In this document: one piece after another, positions 1 to 8,828 of the stretch
How positions within the stretch are numbered: position 1 is the first letter of the stretch
Layout of the letters: every line of letters begins with the position of its first letter
From: Phycisphaerae bacterium
GTDB taxonomy: Bacteria > Planctomycetota > Phycisphaerae > UBA1845 > PWPN01
Length of the DNA stretch: 64,000 nt
Reading direction: 5' to 3'
NCBI GenBank assembly: GCA_035384605.1
Contig: DAOOIV010000006.1
Coordinates: 9,148 to 73,147 of the forward strand
Position numbers and translations under genes: made by a program
The notes under the pieces: model-generated
Seen by the model: only the letters and a program-made list of their open reading frames with translations
The model's database searches: none
Told to the model about the DNA's origin: nothing

Positions 1-115
1 GGGTTTCACGGTTACTTCGCCGCTCCTGCCGGAATTGGCGGCGGAGGGCGACACTGCCGATGAAGCGCTCGGGAATGTTCGGGATGCGCTCGCCGCAGTT
101 ATCGAGATTTACCAT
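1..115 (-). CDS. 5' end of an unidentified CDS that runs off the window edge (MVNLDNCGERIPNIPERFIGSVALRRQ...)
   Basis: ATG at 115..113 on the minus strand, 23 nt downstream of the asnS stop. The frame is open to position 1. No clear SD and no family recognised. Confidence 0.3.
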   Translation of the reverse strand, partial: MVNLDNCGERIPNIPERFIGSVALRRQFRQERRSNRET

Positions 116-138
116 GATCTGGGCCGGCCATTGCCTGC

Positions 139-1641
139 CTACGGATAGACCTTGTCCATCATTCGCGGATAGGCGATGGTTTCGCGGATGTGTTTGAGGC
201 CGCAGATCCAGGCGACGGTTCGTTCGACGCCGAGGCCGAAGCCGCCGTGGGGGACGCTGCCGTAGCGGCGAAGGTCGAGGTACCACTCGTAGGGCCCGGT
301 GGCCAGCCCTTCCTCGGCCATGCGCTCCAGCAGCACGTTCAGGTCATCCTCGCGCTGTGAGCCGCCGATGATCTCGCCGTAGCCGTCGGGGGCCAGCAGG
401 TCGAAGTTGCGGACAACCCGCGGGTCTTCGTGATCTCGCTTCATATAAAACGCCTTGCAGCCGCGCGGATAGTGCGTGACGAACACCGGACGGTCATGCA
501 GCCGCGAGATGATCGTTTCGTCGCTGCCGCCGAGGTCCTTTCCCCACTCGAAGTTCGCCGCCAGTTCCATGTGTTTGGGTATGTTCGAGACCTGCTCTTC
601 CAGTTCGGCCAGTTCTTCCCGCTCCGCGATGACCTCGGCCGCGAGTTTCTCCTGCTCATGCTTCTTGACGCCCTGCCGATCGCGGGCTGCTTCCTTGGCC
701 GGGATCGACTCTTTGAGCTGGGTGATGCGGGCGCTCTTTTCGGCCAGGTCCTTCTCCAGGAGTTCGCGGGCCTTCGGGCCGCGAAGGATCTCGGCCGCCT
801 GACTGTAGGTGATGCGGTAAAACGGCTGCTTCACGTTTTCGAGCGCGGCAAGGTCTTGGCCGAGGAATTCCAAGTCCGCGCGGTGTTCCTTCAGCACTCG
901 TTGGACAATCGAGCAGACAAAATCCTCTGCGACATCCATGACATCCTCGAGGACAGCGTACGCGATCTCCGGCTCAACCATCCAGAACTCCGTCAGGTGC
1001 CGGCGCGTCTTGGACTTCTCCGCCCGAAAAGTAGGGCCGAAGCAGTAGACCTTGCCGTAGGCCAAGGCCGCCGCCTCGAGATAGAGTTGGCCGGTCTGGG
1101 CCAGGTACATCGGCTCGCCAAAGTAGTCCACCGAGAAGAGGGTCTGAGCTCCTTCGCCGGCCGAGGGGGCGAAAATCGGCGTGTCCACGAGCGTGAAGCC
1201 GTTGTCGTTAAAGAAGCGGCGGATGGCATCGATGACCGTGTGACGGATCTTCATAATGGCCGTCGGGCGTCGGGATCGCAGCCACAGGTGGCGATGCTTG
1301 AACAAAAACTCATGCCCGTGCGGTTTGGGGGTGATGGGGTAGTCGGTCGTGCTGTGCACCACCTCGATGCCGCTGACGTGCAGTTCGTGGCCGCCGGGAG
1401 CGCGCTGCTCGGCCTTGACTTGGCCGGTGACCTTGAGCGAAGATTCCTGCCCCAGCCGTGAGGCCGTTTCGAAGACCTCCGGCGGCACATCCTGCTTTCC
1501 GACCACGCACTGGCACAGGCCCGTACCGTCGCGGACGACAAGAAAAACCACCTTACTGCTGACCCGCGAGTTATAGAGCCAGCCGGCCAGCGTCACCGTC
1601 GAGTCAATGTGTTTGCCGAGATCCCGAATATGAACAGTCAT
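139..1641 (-). CDS. asnS: asparagine--tRNA ligase (class IIb) with an internal coiled-coil insertion
   Basis: 500-aa ORF. AsnRS-type motif 2 FRAEKSKTRRHLTEFWMVEPE, then GEIIGGSQRE, then motif 3 GFGLGVERT. N-terminal OB-fold region. SD-like AAGGAAA lies upstream of the ATG. Confidence 0.93.
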   Translation of the reverse strand: MTVHIRDLGKHIDSTVTLAGWLYNSRVSSKVVFLVVRDGTGLCQCVVGKQDVPPEVFETASRLGQESSLKVTGQVKAEQRAPGGHELHVSGIEVVHSTTDYPITPKPHGHEFLFKHRHLWLRSRRPTAIMKIRHTVIDAIRRFFNDNGFTLVDTPIFAPSAGEGAQTLFSVDYFGEPMYLAQTGQLYLEAAALAYGKVYCFGPTFRAEKSKTRRHLTEFWMVEPEIAYAVLEDVMDVAEDFVCSIVQRVLKEHRADLEFLGQDLAALENVKQPFYRITYSQAAEILRGPKARELLEKDLAEKSARITQLKESIPAKEAARDRQGVKKHEQEKLAAEVIAEREELAELEEQVSNIPKHMELAANFEWGKDLGGSDETIISRLHDRPVFVTHYPRGCKAFYMKRDHEDPRVVRNFDLLAPDGYGEIIGGSQREDDLNVLLERMAEEGLATGPYEWYLDLRRYGSVPHGGFGLGVERTVAWICGLKHIRETIAYPRMMDKVYP

Positions 1642-2067
1642 GTCTGTTTCCTTGTGCCTGTTCGCCGAAAGCCTTCCTCAGTCGCATGCCGGGGGATGAT
1701 ACGCGAGCGGCACCGTCAGCAAAAGGGGGCAAGGCAGATCCGGATTCAGATCTTGAGAGAGGCTGACTCCTGCGACGCCTGCTCCGTCGAATTGCGCAAG
1801 TTGAGGAGAAACCGCCGCGCCGGCACAATGTTGATCGTTCCGCGTTCGGCATCGATTTGCCCGTCTTCACTGCGAGTCCCAACGGTTCCGATCCCGCCCC
1901 CGATTCACCCATCGCCTCGCCCCATGCCATCGCCGTGTCCGGCTTACAGGCAGCCGGTGGTCATTGTTGCCCCATGTGACCGACGCGTTCAGGGAGTATT
2001 CGCAGATTATGTCAAGACCGGTTTTTCAAGATCGCCAGCGGGCAATTCTTCGGGTTAACGCGACGGC

Positions 2068-3453
2068 CTACAACGTCGGCAACGTGTCGTCCGGGGTGTT
2101 GGCAGGCATACTCTGTCCCAGGAAATGCAGAAACTGGGTGCGCGTCAGGATCGGGATCGACAGCGACCGAGCTTCCTTGAGCATGGTCTCGAAAGCCGAT
2201 AGGCGTTTGGCCGCTTGCTCATTGCGCTCGGTGACGGCCGCCTCGTCTTCCGAGCCGGGGATGACCGGGACAGGGCCGGTCGGAGGTGAACCCACAACCA
2301 GGAAATCCGTATCGGTATCGACCTTGTTCACGACCTTGCCGCCAAGGCGGTCGATCAGCCGACTCACTTCCTTGCCGGCTATGTCTTCGGGGCGACCGTC
2401 AAAGTTCAAATCGAAGTCCCCGATGACCGCGAAGGTGAACTGGCGCGACCGATCGAAAACAGGGTTGGCGATAATATCGTTTACCAAGATCGGCTCGCCG
2501 GGCGTGCGTGAGGTCACGCGACATTCTGCCGTCGTCTCGAATACGTTGACGACCTCGATGGTTGCCTTGCCCTTTCCGTCAGTGGGGATGCCGCGAACAG
2601 GGGAATAGACCGAGAAGGTCATGCCCAGCCTGACCCCATCACTGCGGCCGAGGTCAATGTAAACGATGTCCCCGGCCGGCACTGTGCGGACGATCACGCC
2701 GTCCTTGACCTGGAGGGCTGAGCCGCTGCTGGAGGGCTTGAATTGCGCTAACTGGGCCAGCAGCCCCTCCGTCCGGTTTTTCTCGGCATTCAAGGTCTTC
2801 TCGGCCTCATCCCGGGCTTTGCGGGCGGCATCAAGTTCACCGGCCATCTGGTCGCGTTCTTTGGTGCGGGCAGCCTGGAGTTCGGCAAGCTGTCGGTTGC
2901 ACTCCTCACGGGACTGTTCGCTCTCTTGCATCAACTTCTTGAACTTCTCGTCCAGTTCGGCAACTCGGGTCTCGAAGGCCTTGGCGGCATCGTCTCTGGT
3001 CTTGACGGCCTGCTCAAGATCGTTGTTGAGCTTCTTGTGCTGAGCCTGAAGTTCGTCGGCCCGGCCGGCGGTTTTTTGATACAGGCTGAAAAGATTGTTC
3101 AGCATCGTGGCCACCGGCTGGTCGGCGGTGATTTTCGCATCCTTGACCTGCGGGTCATTGGCCACGGTTGTCCGGATCTCGTCAATCGCCGACTTGATCT
3201 CGGCCAGCGACTCGGCAGGTTTTCCGATGACCTCCTGGGCGACGTCGCTCAAGGCTTGTCGGGCGTCAGCGGCGGCCCTTTGCTGATCGCGGGCCTGCCG
3301 TTGGGCTTCGCTGGCGGTTGCCTCGAGGTCCGACTTTTGCGTAAACATGATGATGGTGAAGGTAATGGCGGCCACCGCTGCGACGGCAAAACCGATCGCC
3401 GCTGCTTTCAAGCCGCTCGATCCGACCGATCCTTGGGGCCTGGCCACTGCCAT
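2068..3453 (-). CDS. membrane-anchored coiled-coil protein with a C-terminal BRCT-like domain (family unknown)
   Basis: 461-aa ORF. N-terminal TM helix (AAAIGFAVAAVAAITFTIIMF). About 200 aa of Q/A/E/K/R-rich coiled-coil-like sequence. The C-terminus resembles a LigA-type BRCT (GGKVVNKVDTDTDFLVVG ... IPILTRTQFLHFL). Confidence 0.7.
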   Translation of the reverse strand: MAVARPQGSVGSSGLKAAAIGFAVAAVAAITFTIIMFTQKSDLEATASEAQRQARDQQRAAADARQALSDVAQEVIGKPAESLAEIKSAIDEIRTTVANDPQVKDAKITADQPVATMLNNLFSLYQKTAGRADELQAQHKKLNNDLEQAVKTRDDAAKAFETRVAELDEKFKKLMQESEQSREECNRQLAELQAARTKERDQMAGELDAARKARDEAEKTLNAEKNRTEGLLAQLAQFKPSSSGSALQVKDGVIVRTVPAGDIVYIDLGRSDGVRLGMTFSVYSPVRGIPTDGKGKATIEVVNVFETTAECRVTSRTPGEPILVNDIIANPVFDRSRQFTFAVIGDFDLNFDGRPEDIAGKEVSRLIDRLGGKVVNKVDTDTDFLVVGSPPTGPVPVIPGSEDEAAVTERNEQAAKRLSAFETMLKEARSLSIPILTRTQFLHFLGQSMPANTPDDTLPTL

Positions 3454-3761
3454 GATTCACTGCTCCGTTTCGACCGTTAGGCCCGACGTCGGGTGTCCAT
3501 GCCGTCCGGTCGGGCTCGGACGGGCCGCGAGGTTCGCCCGCTTCGATTGTCGGCACCGTGGTCCGAGGGAAGTCGATCCAGCCGGCTTTCATCTCGGCGT
3601 ACGGACGATTTCGAGGAGGGAACCACCTTCGGTCTCAGTGCCGGCAGAACGGCAGCCGCCTCGACTGCCGCCCGGCCACCTGCTCAGGCGGGTAGCCAAT
3701 CCGTCATTCTCGTTTCCGGGCATGGGCCTGTCAATGTCTCGTGGTCGACCAGGTGCCGCCC

Positions 3762-4130
3762 GGGTGCGTGACAGTCTGGGCGGGCATGCCGACCAGTCCA
3801 GGTTGGGCGATCAAGGCCCTTCAGCGGGTTTTCCCGCCGAAGGCGGGCTGATAGGCCGGCCGTTGTGCGGCCGGTTGGCGGTCGCCCGCGGTTCTTCCTC
3901 CTTTCTATGGTCTCAGCCCGTTTCAACAGGATTACCTGACAAGGACAGGCCCGTTAAAACGGGCTTGATGGGGTAGCACAGAGAAGGAGGAGTTGGTCGA
4001 CCGTGAACCAGTCGTCAAACGGCCGGCCTGTTTGTCCTTCGGGAAAGACCGCTGAAGCGGTCTGCTTCGGCTTGCGGTTCACGACAACCGGGTCAGCCGC
4101 GAGGACTGCCGCCGCTTCTGTCACGGGTCC
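3762..4130 (-). mobile_element. MITE-like TIR element, copy A (369 bp, carries an internal extra segment)
   Basis: Termini are GGGTGCGTGACAG ... CTGTCACGGGTCC (inverted). It is flanked by perfect direct repeats GTGCCGCCC at 3753..3761 and 4131..4139. Both arms are about 90-94% identical to the copy at 37682..37864, in reverse orientation. Confidence 0.8.
3862..4020. repeat. 159-bp segment present in MITE copy A but absent from copy B, bounded by GGCCGGCC on both sides (possible nested insertion)
   Basis: Alignment of copy A against copy B shows one gap. GGCCGGCC occurs at 3854..3861 and at 4021..4028. The segment ends GTTGTGCGGCCGG / CCAGTCGTCAAAC are weakly inverted (8 of 13). Confidence 0.4.
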
Positions 4131-4146
4131 GTGCCGCCCACGGCAG

Positions 4147-4180
4147 GGGTCCGTGACAGTTCGGGCAGGAGCCGGCCGTC
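4147..4180. repeat. truncated remnant of the same MITE end
   Basis: GGGTCCGTGACAG followed by about 24 nt that are roughly 70% similar to the arm starting at 3762. It lies 7 bp beyond the copy A TSD. Confidence 0.4.
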
Positions 4181-4362
4181 TATTACAGATCCCGGAACAT
4201 GTCCGTGGGGGGGGCGGCCTCCGTAACCACCGGTGTCCCCACGCATGGGGCAGCAGGGAAGGAGAGTGGCGATGAGCCTGATGCCTCACATACAACTCCA
4301 GGTGTTGCCGGTGGCTTGTGTCTTGCAGCGACCGGCGAGCGAGATTGAGCTTCCATCTCTTT

Positions 4363-5961
4363 TCAGCACGTGCTTGCCTGCAATTCCTCTGCCTCAGCCT
4401 CCTCCTCGGTATGACGGTCGTAAGTCTCCTGAAATTGCTGCTCCAATGCCAGGAACGCTTGCACAACGCGGGGGTCGAACTGTGTGCCGGAGGCGGCGGC
4501 AATCTCCTTTTTCGCGTACTCATGCCCCTGCGCTGCCTTATACTCGCGCTTCATTCGGATGGCGTCGTAACTGTCGGCGACCGCAACAATCCTCGCGGAC
4601 AGCGGAATCTGCTCACCGGCCAAGCCCTCGGGATATCCCTTTCCGTCGTACCGTTCATGGTGGTAATGGGCGACGTCCATGGCGGTCTGAAGAAAACTGA
4701 CCTCGTGTCCGCCACTCATGACGGATCGCAGGGTCTGCGACCCGATGGTGGTATGTCGCTTGATGATTTCGAGTTCTTCAGCGGTCAGTTTGCCGGGCTT
4801 GAGCAGGATCCCGTCGGGTATGGCGACCTTGCCGATGTCATGCAGCGGCGCGGCTCGTCCCAGATCATCGATGAATTGTTCGTCGATCGTTCCAGAGATC
4901 CTGGGGTCGTCGGCCAAATGTCGCGCGAGGAGGAGAGAAAGGTCCCGTACGCGTTCAAGGTGTTTACCAGTCTCGCGGTGCCGGTATTCGCTAAGTCGTG
5001 CGAGCGACAGGATGATGGAATCGCGGGTCACATCGAGCTTCTGTCGGGTGAGAGTGCTGTTGAGGGCCAAGGCGGCGGTGCGGGCGAACTGCCGGAGGAT
5101 ATTGATTTCCTCGGCGGTGTACTCCTGTCCACCGGCTTTCTCGGTGATATTGAGCACCCCGATCACCCCGCTGCCGGCGCTGAGCGGCTCGCAGATCAGG
5201 GGCAAACTGGCAAAATAGCAGGACTCATAGGGGCTGCGGGCGATTTGAGGAGCCTCTTGGCGGCCAACAACGATCTCTTGACGGGTTTGGAACACTCGTC
5301 CGGCGATGGGACTGTCGACGGGCACGCTTTGGTTTCGCCAGATGTCCGGAGGGATGCCAACGGCGTAGCCGAACCGCAGATGCTCACCGGACTCGTCGGG
5401 GATAAGCAGCGAGACGCGCCGGCTGTCGAGTAATTGGGAGGCGGTCTCGACGATGTGCCGGCAGTTGGACTCGATCGAATCGGCGACCAGGGCCGACTCG
5501 CTGAATTCGTTGAGTCTGGCCAGGATGCAGGTCTGTTGGGACAGCGAGGCGTTGGCCCGTTCGAGGTCAAGCTGGGCCTCGCGGAGCCGGACCATGGACC
5601 GGACGCGAAGCCGGAACTCGCGGGCATGGATGGGCTTGAACAGGTATTCATCGGCCCCGGCAGCCAGTCCGGCAGTGAGATCCTCCTGGTCGGTCTTGGC
5701 GCTCACGATGATGATGGGGATCCGCGCGGTTCGAGGATCCGCGCGCAACCGCCGCGTTGCCTCCAGCCCATCCATCACCGGCATCATGATGTCCATGATG
5801 ATGACATGGGGAAGATGCTGCGTGGCTAATTCGACGGCTTCCTGGCCGTTTACGGCATGCACGGTCACGAGACCGTCCTTGACCAGCAGCCTTTCGAACA
5901 GGCGCCGGTTTGCGGGGCAGTCGTCAACCAGCAGTACTGTAGGAGCGTCGTTCCCTTCCAT
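4363..5961 (-). CDS. response regulator with GAF and HD-GYP domains (putative c-di-GMP phosphodiesterase)
   Basis: 532-aa ORF. REC domain (VLLVDDCPANR ... IIMDIMMPVMDG), a central GAF-like region, and a C-terminal HD-GYP signature (PLHDIGKVAIP, HHERYDGKGYP). Confidence 0.88.
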   Translation of the reverse strand: MEGNDAPTVLLVDDCPANRRLFERLLVKDGLVTVHAVNGQEAVELATQHLPHVIIMDIMMPVMDGLEATRRLRADPRTARIPIIIVSAKTDQEDLTAGLAAGADEYLFKPIHAREFRLRVRSMVRLREAQLDLERANASLSQQTCILARLNEFSESALVADSIESNCRHIVETASQLLDSRRVSLLIPDESGEHLRFGYAVGIPPDIWRNQSVPVDSPIAGRVFQTRQEIVVGRQEAPQIARSPYESCYFASLPLICEPLSAGSGVIGVLNITEKAGGQEYTAEEINILRQFARTAALALNSTLTRQKLDVTRDSIILSLARLSEYRHRETGKHLERVRDLSLLLARHLADDPRISGTIDEQFIDDLGRAAPLHDIGKVAIPDGILLKPGKLTAEELEIIKRHTTIGSQTLRSVMSGGHEVSFLQTAMDVAHYHHERYDGKGYPEGLAGEQIPLSARIVAVADSYDAIRMKREYKAAQGHEYAKKEIAAASGTQFDPRVVQAFLALEQQFQETYDRHTEEEAEAEELQASTC

Positions 5962-6386
5962 GTGCTCACGGTTCCTCTCCCGGCCGTCCGTTGGTCTGCT
6001 CGGGAGGATGTCTACTTGGCCGGCACAGCAGCCGGATTTGTCGCCCGGATTCGAGTCGACCGCACGGGTGACCGGCCGGCAAAAGTGCGTTTGTCGGCAG
6101 ACCTGTGCTTGCTCAAACCCGGGTTCGGCCGGGGGCGAACTCTCGGGAACTTACTCAGGGGTTGTCCCCGACCTTCAGTCTATGTATCGTTTCGATGAAG
6201 GGCCGGCGTAAATACCGAACTCTCATGTTGCTGCTGGAGTCTTGGACTGATGCTTGACGGCAGGCAGCTTACCCGGACGTGGCCGATAATGCTCCTGGCC
6301 AGCGTCGGCTGAGCTGACGGTTCTCGGAAACATGGTGTGTCTTCCCCAAAAAAGACCCTTCTGATCTTGGCCTCGGGAGAAACGAC

Positions 6387-6902
6387 GTGTCGAGTATGAT
6401 GGCCTCCATGGATTGGTTCGGAGATCTTTACAAGGCAGTGCCCTTGCCGCTCTGCGGACTGATCCTCGTGTCGTGCGCGGTTTTCTGCGGAACGCTGATC
6501 GGCCTGGAACGGGAACATCGCGCCAAGCCGGCCGGGGTTAAGACCGTCAGCCTCATCTGTATTGGCAGCACGATCTTCACCATTGCCTCCATCCTCATCG
6601 CAGGCGAGGGCGGAGCCGACCGGGGTCGCATCGCCGCGCAGGTGGTGACGGGGATAGGGTTTCTGGGTGCAGGGGCGATCATTCGCGATCACAAGACGAT
6701 TATCGGGCTGACGACGGGAGCCACGATCTGGGTGGCGTCGGCAATCGGTGTCCTGATCGGAGCGGGTTACGCGGCCGGTGGCATCGCGATGACCGTCGTG
6801 GTCCTGGGGGTCCTGATTGCGCTCCGCCGTAGCGAGGACTATTTCAGGCGCCGGGCCGGGCAATCGCCTTCCGCGTCATGTCGGGATGACGATGACGCCT
6901 GA
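6387..6902 (+). CDS. mgtC: MgtC/SapB family membrane protein
   Basis: 171-aa ORF with LIGLEREHRAKPAGVKT and QVVTGIGFLGAGAI motifs and 4-5 TM segments. GTG start lies 6 nt after GGGAGA. Confidence 0.85.
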   Translation: MSSMMASMDWFGDLYKAVPLPLCGLILVSCAVFCGTLIGLEREHRAKPAGVKTVSLICIGSTIFTIASILIAGEGGADRGRIAAQVVTGIGFLGAGAIIRDHKTIIGLTTGATIWVASAIGVLIGAGYAAGGIAMTVVVLGVLIALRRSEDYFRRRAGQSPSASCRDDDDA

Positions 6903-7126
6903 CGCAGAAGGTCGGGGAAACACGGTCTGTCGTCGCTCACGCCGCTCTGATCGGGAGGCGGCGCAGGTTCAGCCGGTGCAACCTGACGACGACGAACGTC
7001 CCATAGCTCGTTGGGAACACCGCTGCGACAATTCGTCATTCCTCAGCCGAAAGCCAGGGGTTCATTGAGTCGATGGTGAGGATGGATTCGTGGTTGTTTG
7101 TCGAGTGAACGAACTGGGTTGGGCTG

Positions 7127-8254
7127 ATGCTCGATCTGGACCTGGCCAGATTGTCACCGGAAGTCGCCAAGATCATTATGCTGCGCGGCGCGCGGACGCC
7201 GTCGTTGCAGTGGCAAGAGCACCAGAACACTGGGGCTAAAAAGACGCTTGACGCGATTGACGATGCCCGCCTCTTCGGTTCCGGGGTCGTGATCAACGAA
7301 GGCATGGCAGCCGCAACTCGAAGCCTGCTCTACCTCTGGAACGGCTGGATCGGCGAGTGCAAGATGTACGCCCAAGCCGTGCCGGAGAAAGAGCGGTTCC
7401 ACATCATAGCCTTCTGCGAACGAATGGAGGGAAACAGCAAATCCGCCAAAGAGTGTTTCCAGAGAATTGGTGAAAGTCCGGTATTCACAGAGTTGCGGAC
7501 GTATGCGCTCGAGGCGATCAGCCCGGGTGCCGCCCCGGAAGTGCACCGTTTCCGAAAAGTGCTGGAACAGAACGAGGCATGGGAGCCATACGCGTTCTGT
7601 GACTTATACATGCAGGTTTTGAGCGGCCAACTGGGCACCAGTTCAGCTTCGCTGGTCACGGGCATCCAGACACGCGAGTTTGCGCTTCTGTTCACTCACT
7701 GTTACCAGGCGGCAACAGGCACGGACCTCAAGAAACGGGCGACCGGGGGCCCGCAGACACAGGCACGATCGCCGAAGCTGTTGAAGAAGCGAAAACCGCC
7801 TACATCTCGAACAGGGGCCCAGCGGGCCGGAAGGCTGGACAGAGAACCCGAAAGCAAGTTGTTCGGAAAAACAACAGGCGCAGAAAAGACCGCCAGGCCG
7901 GCCGGCAGTCCGCCCGTCGTGATCCAGGTCAAGGTCATCTGTCCCTCATGCCGTGAGAAGCTTACCTTTCCGGTTGCCGCGCGGGGCAAAAACCACACGT
8001 GCCCCAAGTGTCACACCGAGTTCCTGATCCCTGAGAAGAAGGGCACAGGGACCGGAACATCGTCTTCGGTCGTTCCGGAGAACACAGAGGGGGCTGGAGT
8101 GAAGATTCTCTGCCCGCGATGCAAGAGTCTCATGGTTTTTCCGGATTCGGCGCGTGGTGAGCAAAGGAATTGTTCAGCTTGCGGCACACCCTTCATCGTT
8201 CCCATCAAGAAGACCGGCGCTGAACCTCAGGCTGAGCCTCTCCAAATCACCTAG
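7127..8254 (+). CDS. hypothetical protein with two C-terminal zinc-ribbon modules
   Basis: 375-aa ORF. Two CxxC-N17-CxxC units with the same layout (CPSCREKLTFPVAARGKNHTCPKCHTEFLIP and CPRCKSLMVFPDSARGEQRNCSACGTPFIVP) follow a basic linker. The ~200-aa N-terminal domain was not recognised. Confidence 0.65.
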   Translation: MLDLDLARLSPEVAKIIMLRGARTPSLQWQEHQNTGAKKTLDAIDDARLFGSGVVINEGMAAATRSLLYLWNGWIGECKMYAQAVPEKERFHIIAFCERMEGNSKSAKECFQRIGESPVFTELRTYALEAISPGAAPEVHRFRKVLEQNEAWEPYAFCDLYMQVLSGQLGTSSASLVTGIQTREFALLFTHCYQAATGTDLKKRATGGPQTQARSPKLLKKRKPPTSRTGAQRAGRLDREPESKLFGKTTGAEKTARPAGSPPVVIQVKVICPSCREKLTFPVAARGKNHTCPKCHTEFLIPEKKGTGTGTSSSVVPENTEGAGVKILCPRCKSLMVFPDSARGEQRNCSACGTPFIVPIKKTGAEPQAEPLQIT

Positions 8255-8659
8255 AGGGAGCCGGTTGGCGGTTTCTTGTCGGCAGCGGCCGATCATCAGG
8301 CGGCTCGATCCGTCCATTTCGACTTGCTCGTGCGGCCGGCGGCAGCGCCTGGAGCCGACGATCCGGGATCGTCGTCGCCGGCCAGACTCAGGATCTGAGA
8401 CTCCTGCCGCGACGTCCATATGCGAACTTGACGAGGACGGTCTGGGCTGCATCCGATGAGTGAAGAACGTAATCCTTATTCAACTTCCGACTCGGATCGT
8501 TCGATGAATCTCATCACGGCAAAATGGGGAGGGAGAACACATGCCAATCGATGCGAATGGCACGGGAGCATGGTTCCCCCTCGGATCGACCTGCCCAAAC
8601 TCGCTGACCGGGTCAGAGGACGTTCGGGCAAAAAAAAGATGGATTCGGAAAAAAAGGTG

Positions 8660-8688
8660 TTGACTCCGGACGCAAGGCGCATTAAAAA
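8660..8688 (+). promoter_or_regulatory. sigma70-like promoter candidate (TTGACT-17 nt-TAAAAA) upstream of the Lys-rich micro-ORF
   Basis: TTGACT at 8660..8665, a 17-nt spacer, then TAAAAA at 8683..8688. A8 and A7 tracts sit just upstream (UP-element-like), in a locally AT-richer stretch. Confidence 0.4.
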
Positions 8689-8747
8689 ATCCGTGAATCC
8701 CGTTCGCGTCACACGGGATAGTCAACTCCATGAAAGGAGAGTATGCC

Positions 8748-8813
8748 ATGGCTAAGAAGAAAGCCGCAAAGAAAGCCAAGAAGGCGAAGAAGGCCGCGCG
8801 GAAGAAGAAATAA
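8748..8813 (+). CDS. 21-aa polycationic Lys/Ala micro-protein (MAKKKAAKKAKKAKKAARKKK)
   Basis: ATG is preceded by AGGAG (8735..8739) at 8-nt spacing. TAA stop at 8811..8813. Promoter candidate lies 60 nt upstream and a 14-bp hairpin 16 nt downstream. The ORF is too short for the ORF track. Confidence 0.45.
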   Translation: MAKKKAAKKAKKAKKAARKKK

Positions 8814-8828
8814 GTTCGTAGTGGCCGA

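Noticed and set aside
430-1461. 343-aa antisense ORF inside asnS, plus similar long shadows at 4318..5433, 33113..34195, 47165..48259, 59850..60959 and 13983..14963
   Set aside because: Each overlaps a gene with clear family motifs on the opposite strand. The translations are low-complexity and R/A/G/P-rich, and none has SD context.
1642-2067. 427-bp leader upstream of asnS, considered as a T-box or other regulatory RNA
   Set aside because: No specifier or T-box consensus, and no convincing terminator/antiterminator pair, was seen by eye.
4003-4275. 90-aa ORF starting at a GTG downstream of GAAGGAGG
   Set aside because: The SD spacing is 12 nt. The ORF is composed of MITE arm sequence, and the same peptide reappears from the other copy. 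The translation is junk-like.
5962-6386. Possible Mg2+ (M-box) riboswitch upstream of mgtC
   Set aside because: I looked for M-box-like conserved segments in the leader and could not recognise any. This cannot be settled without a covariance-model scan.
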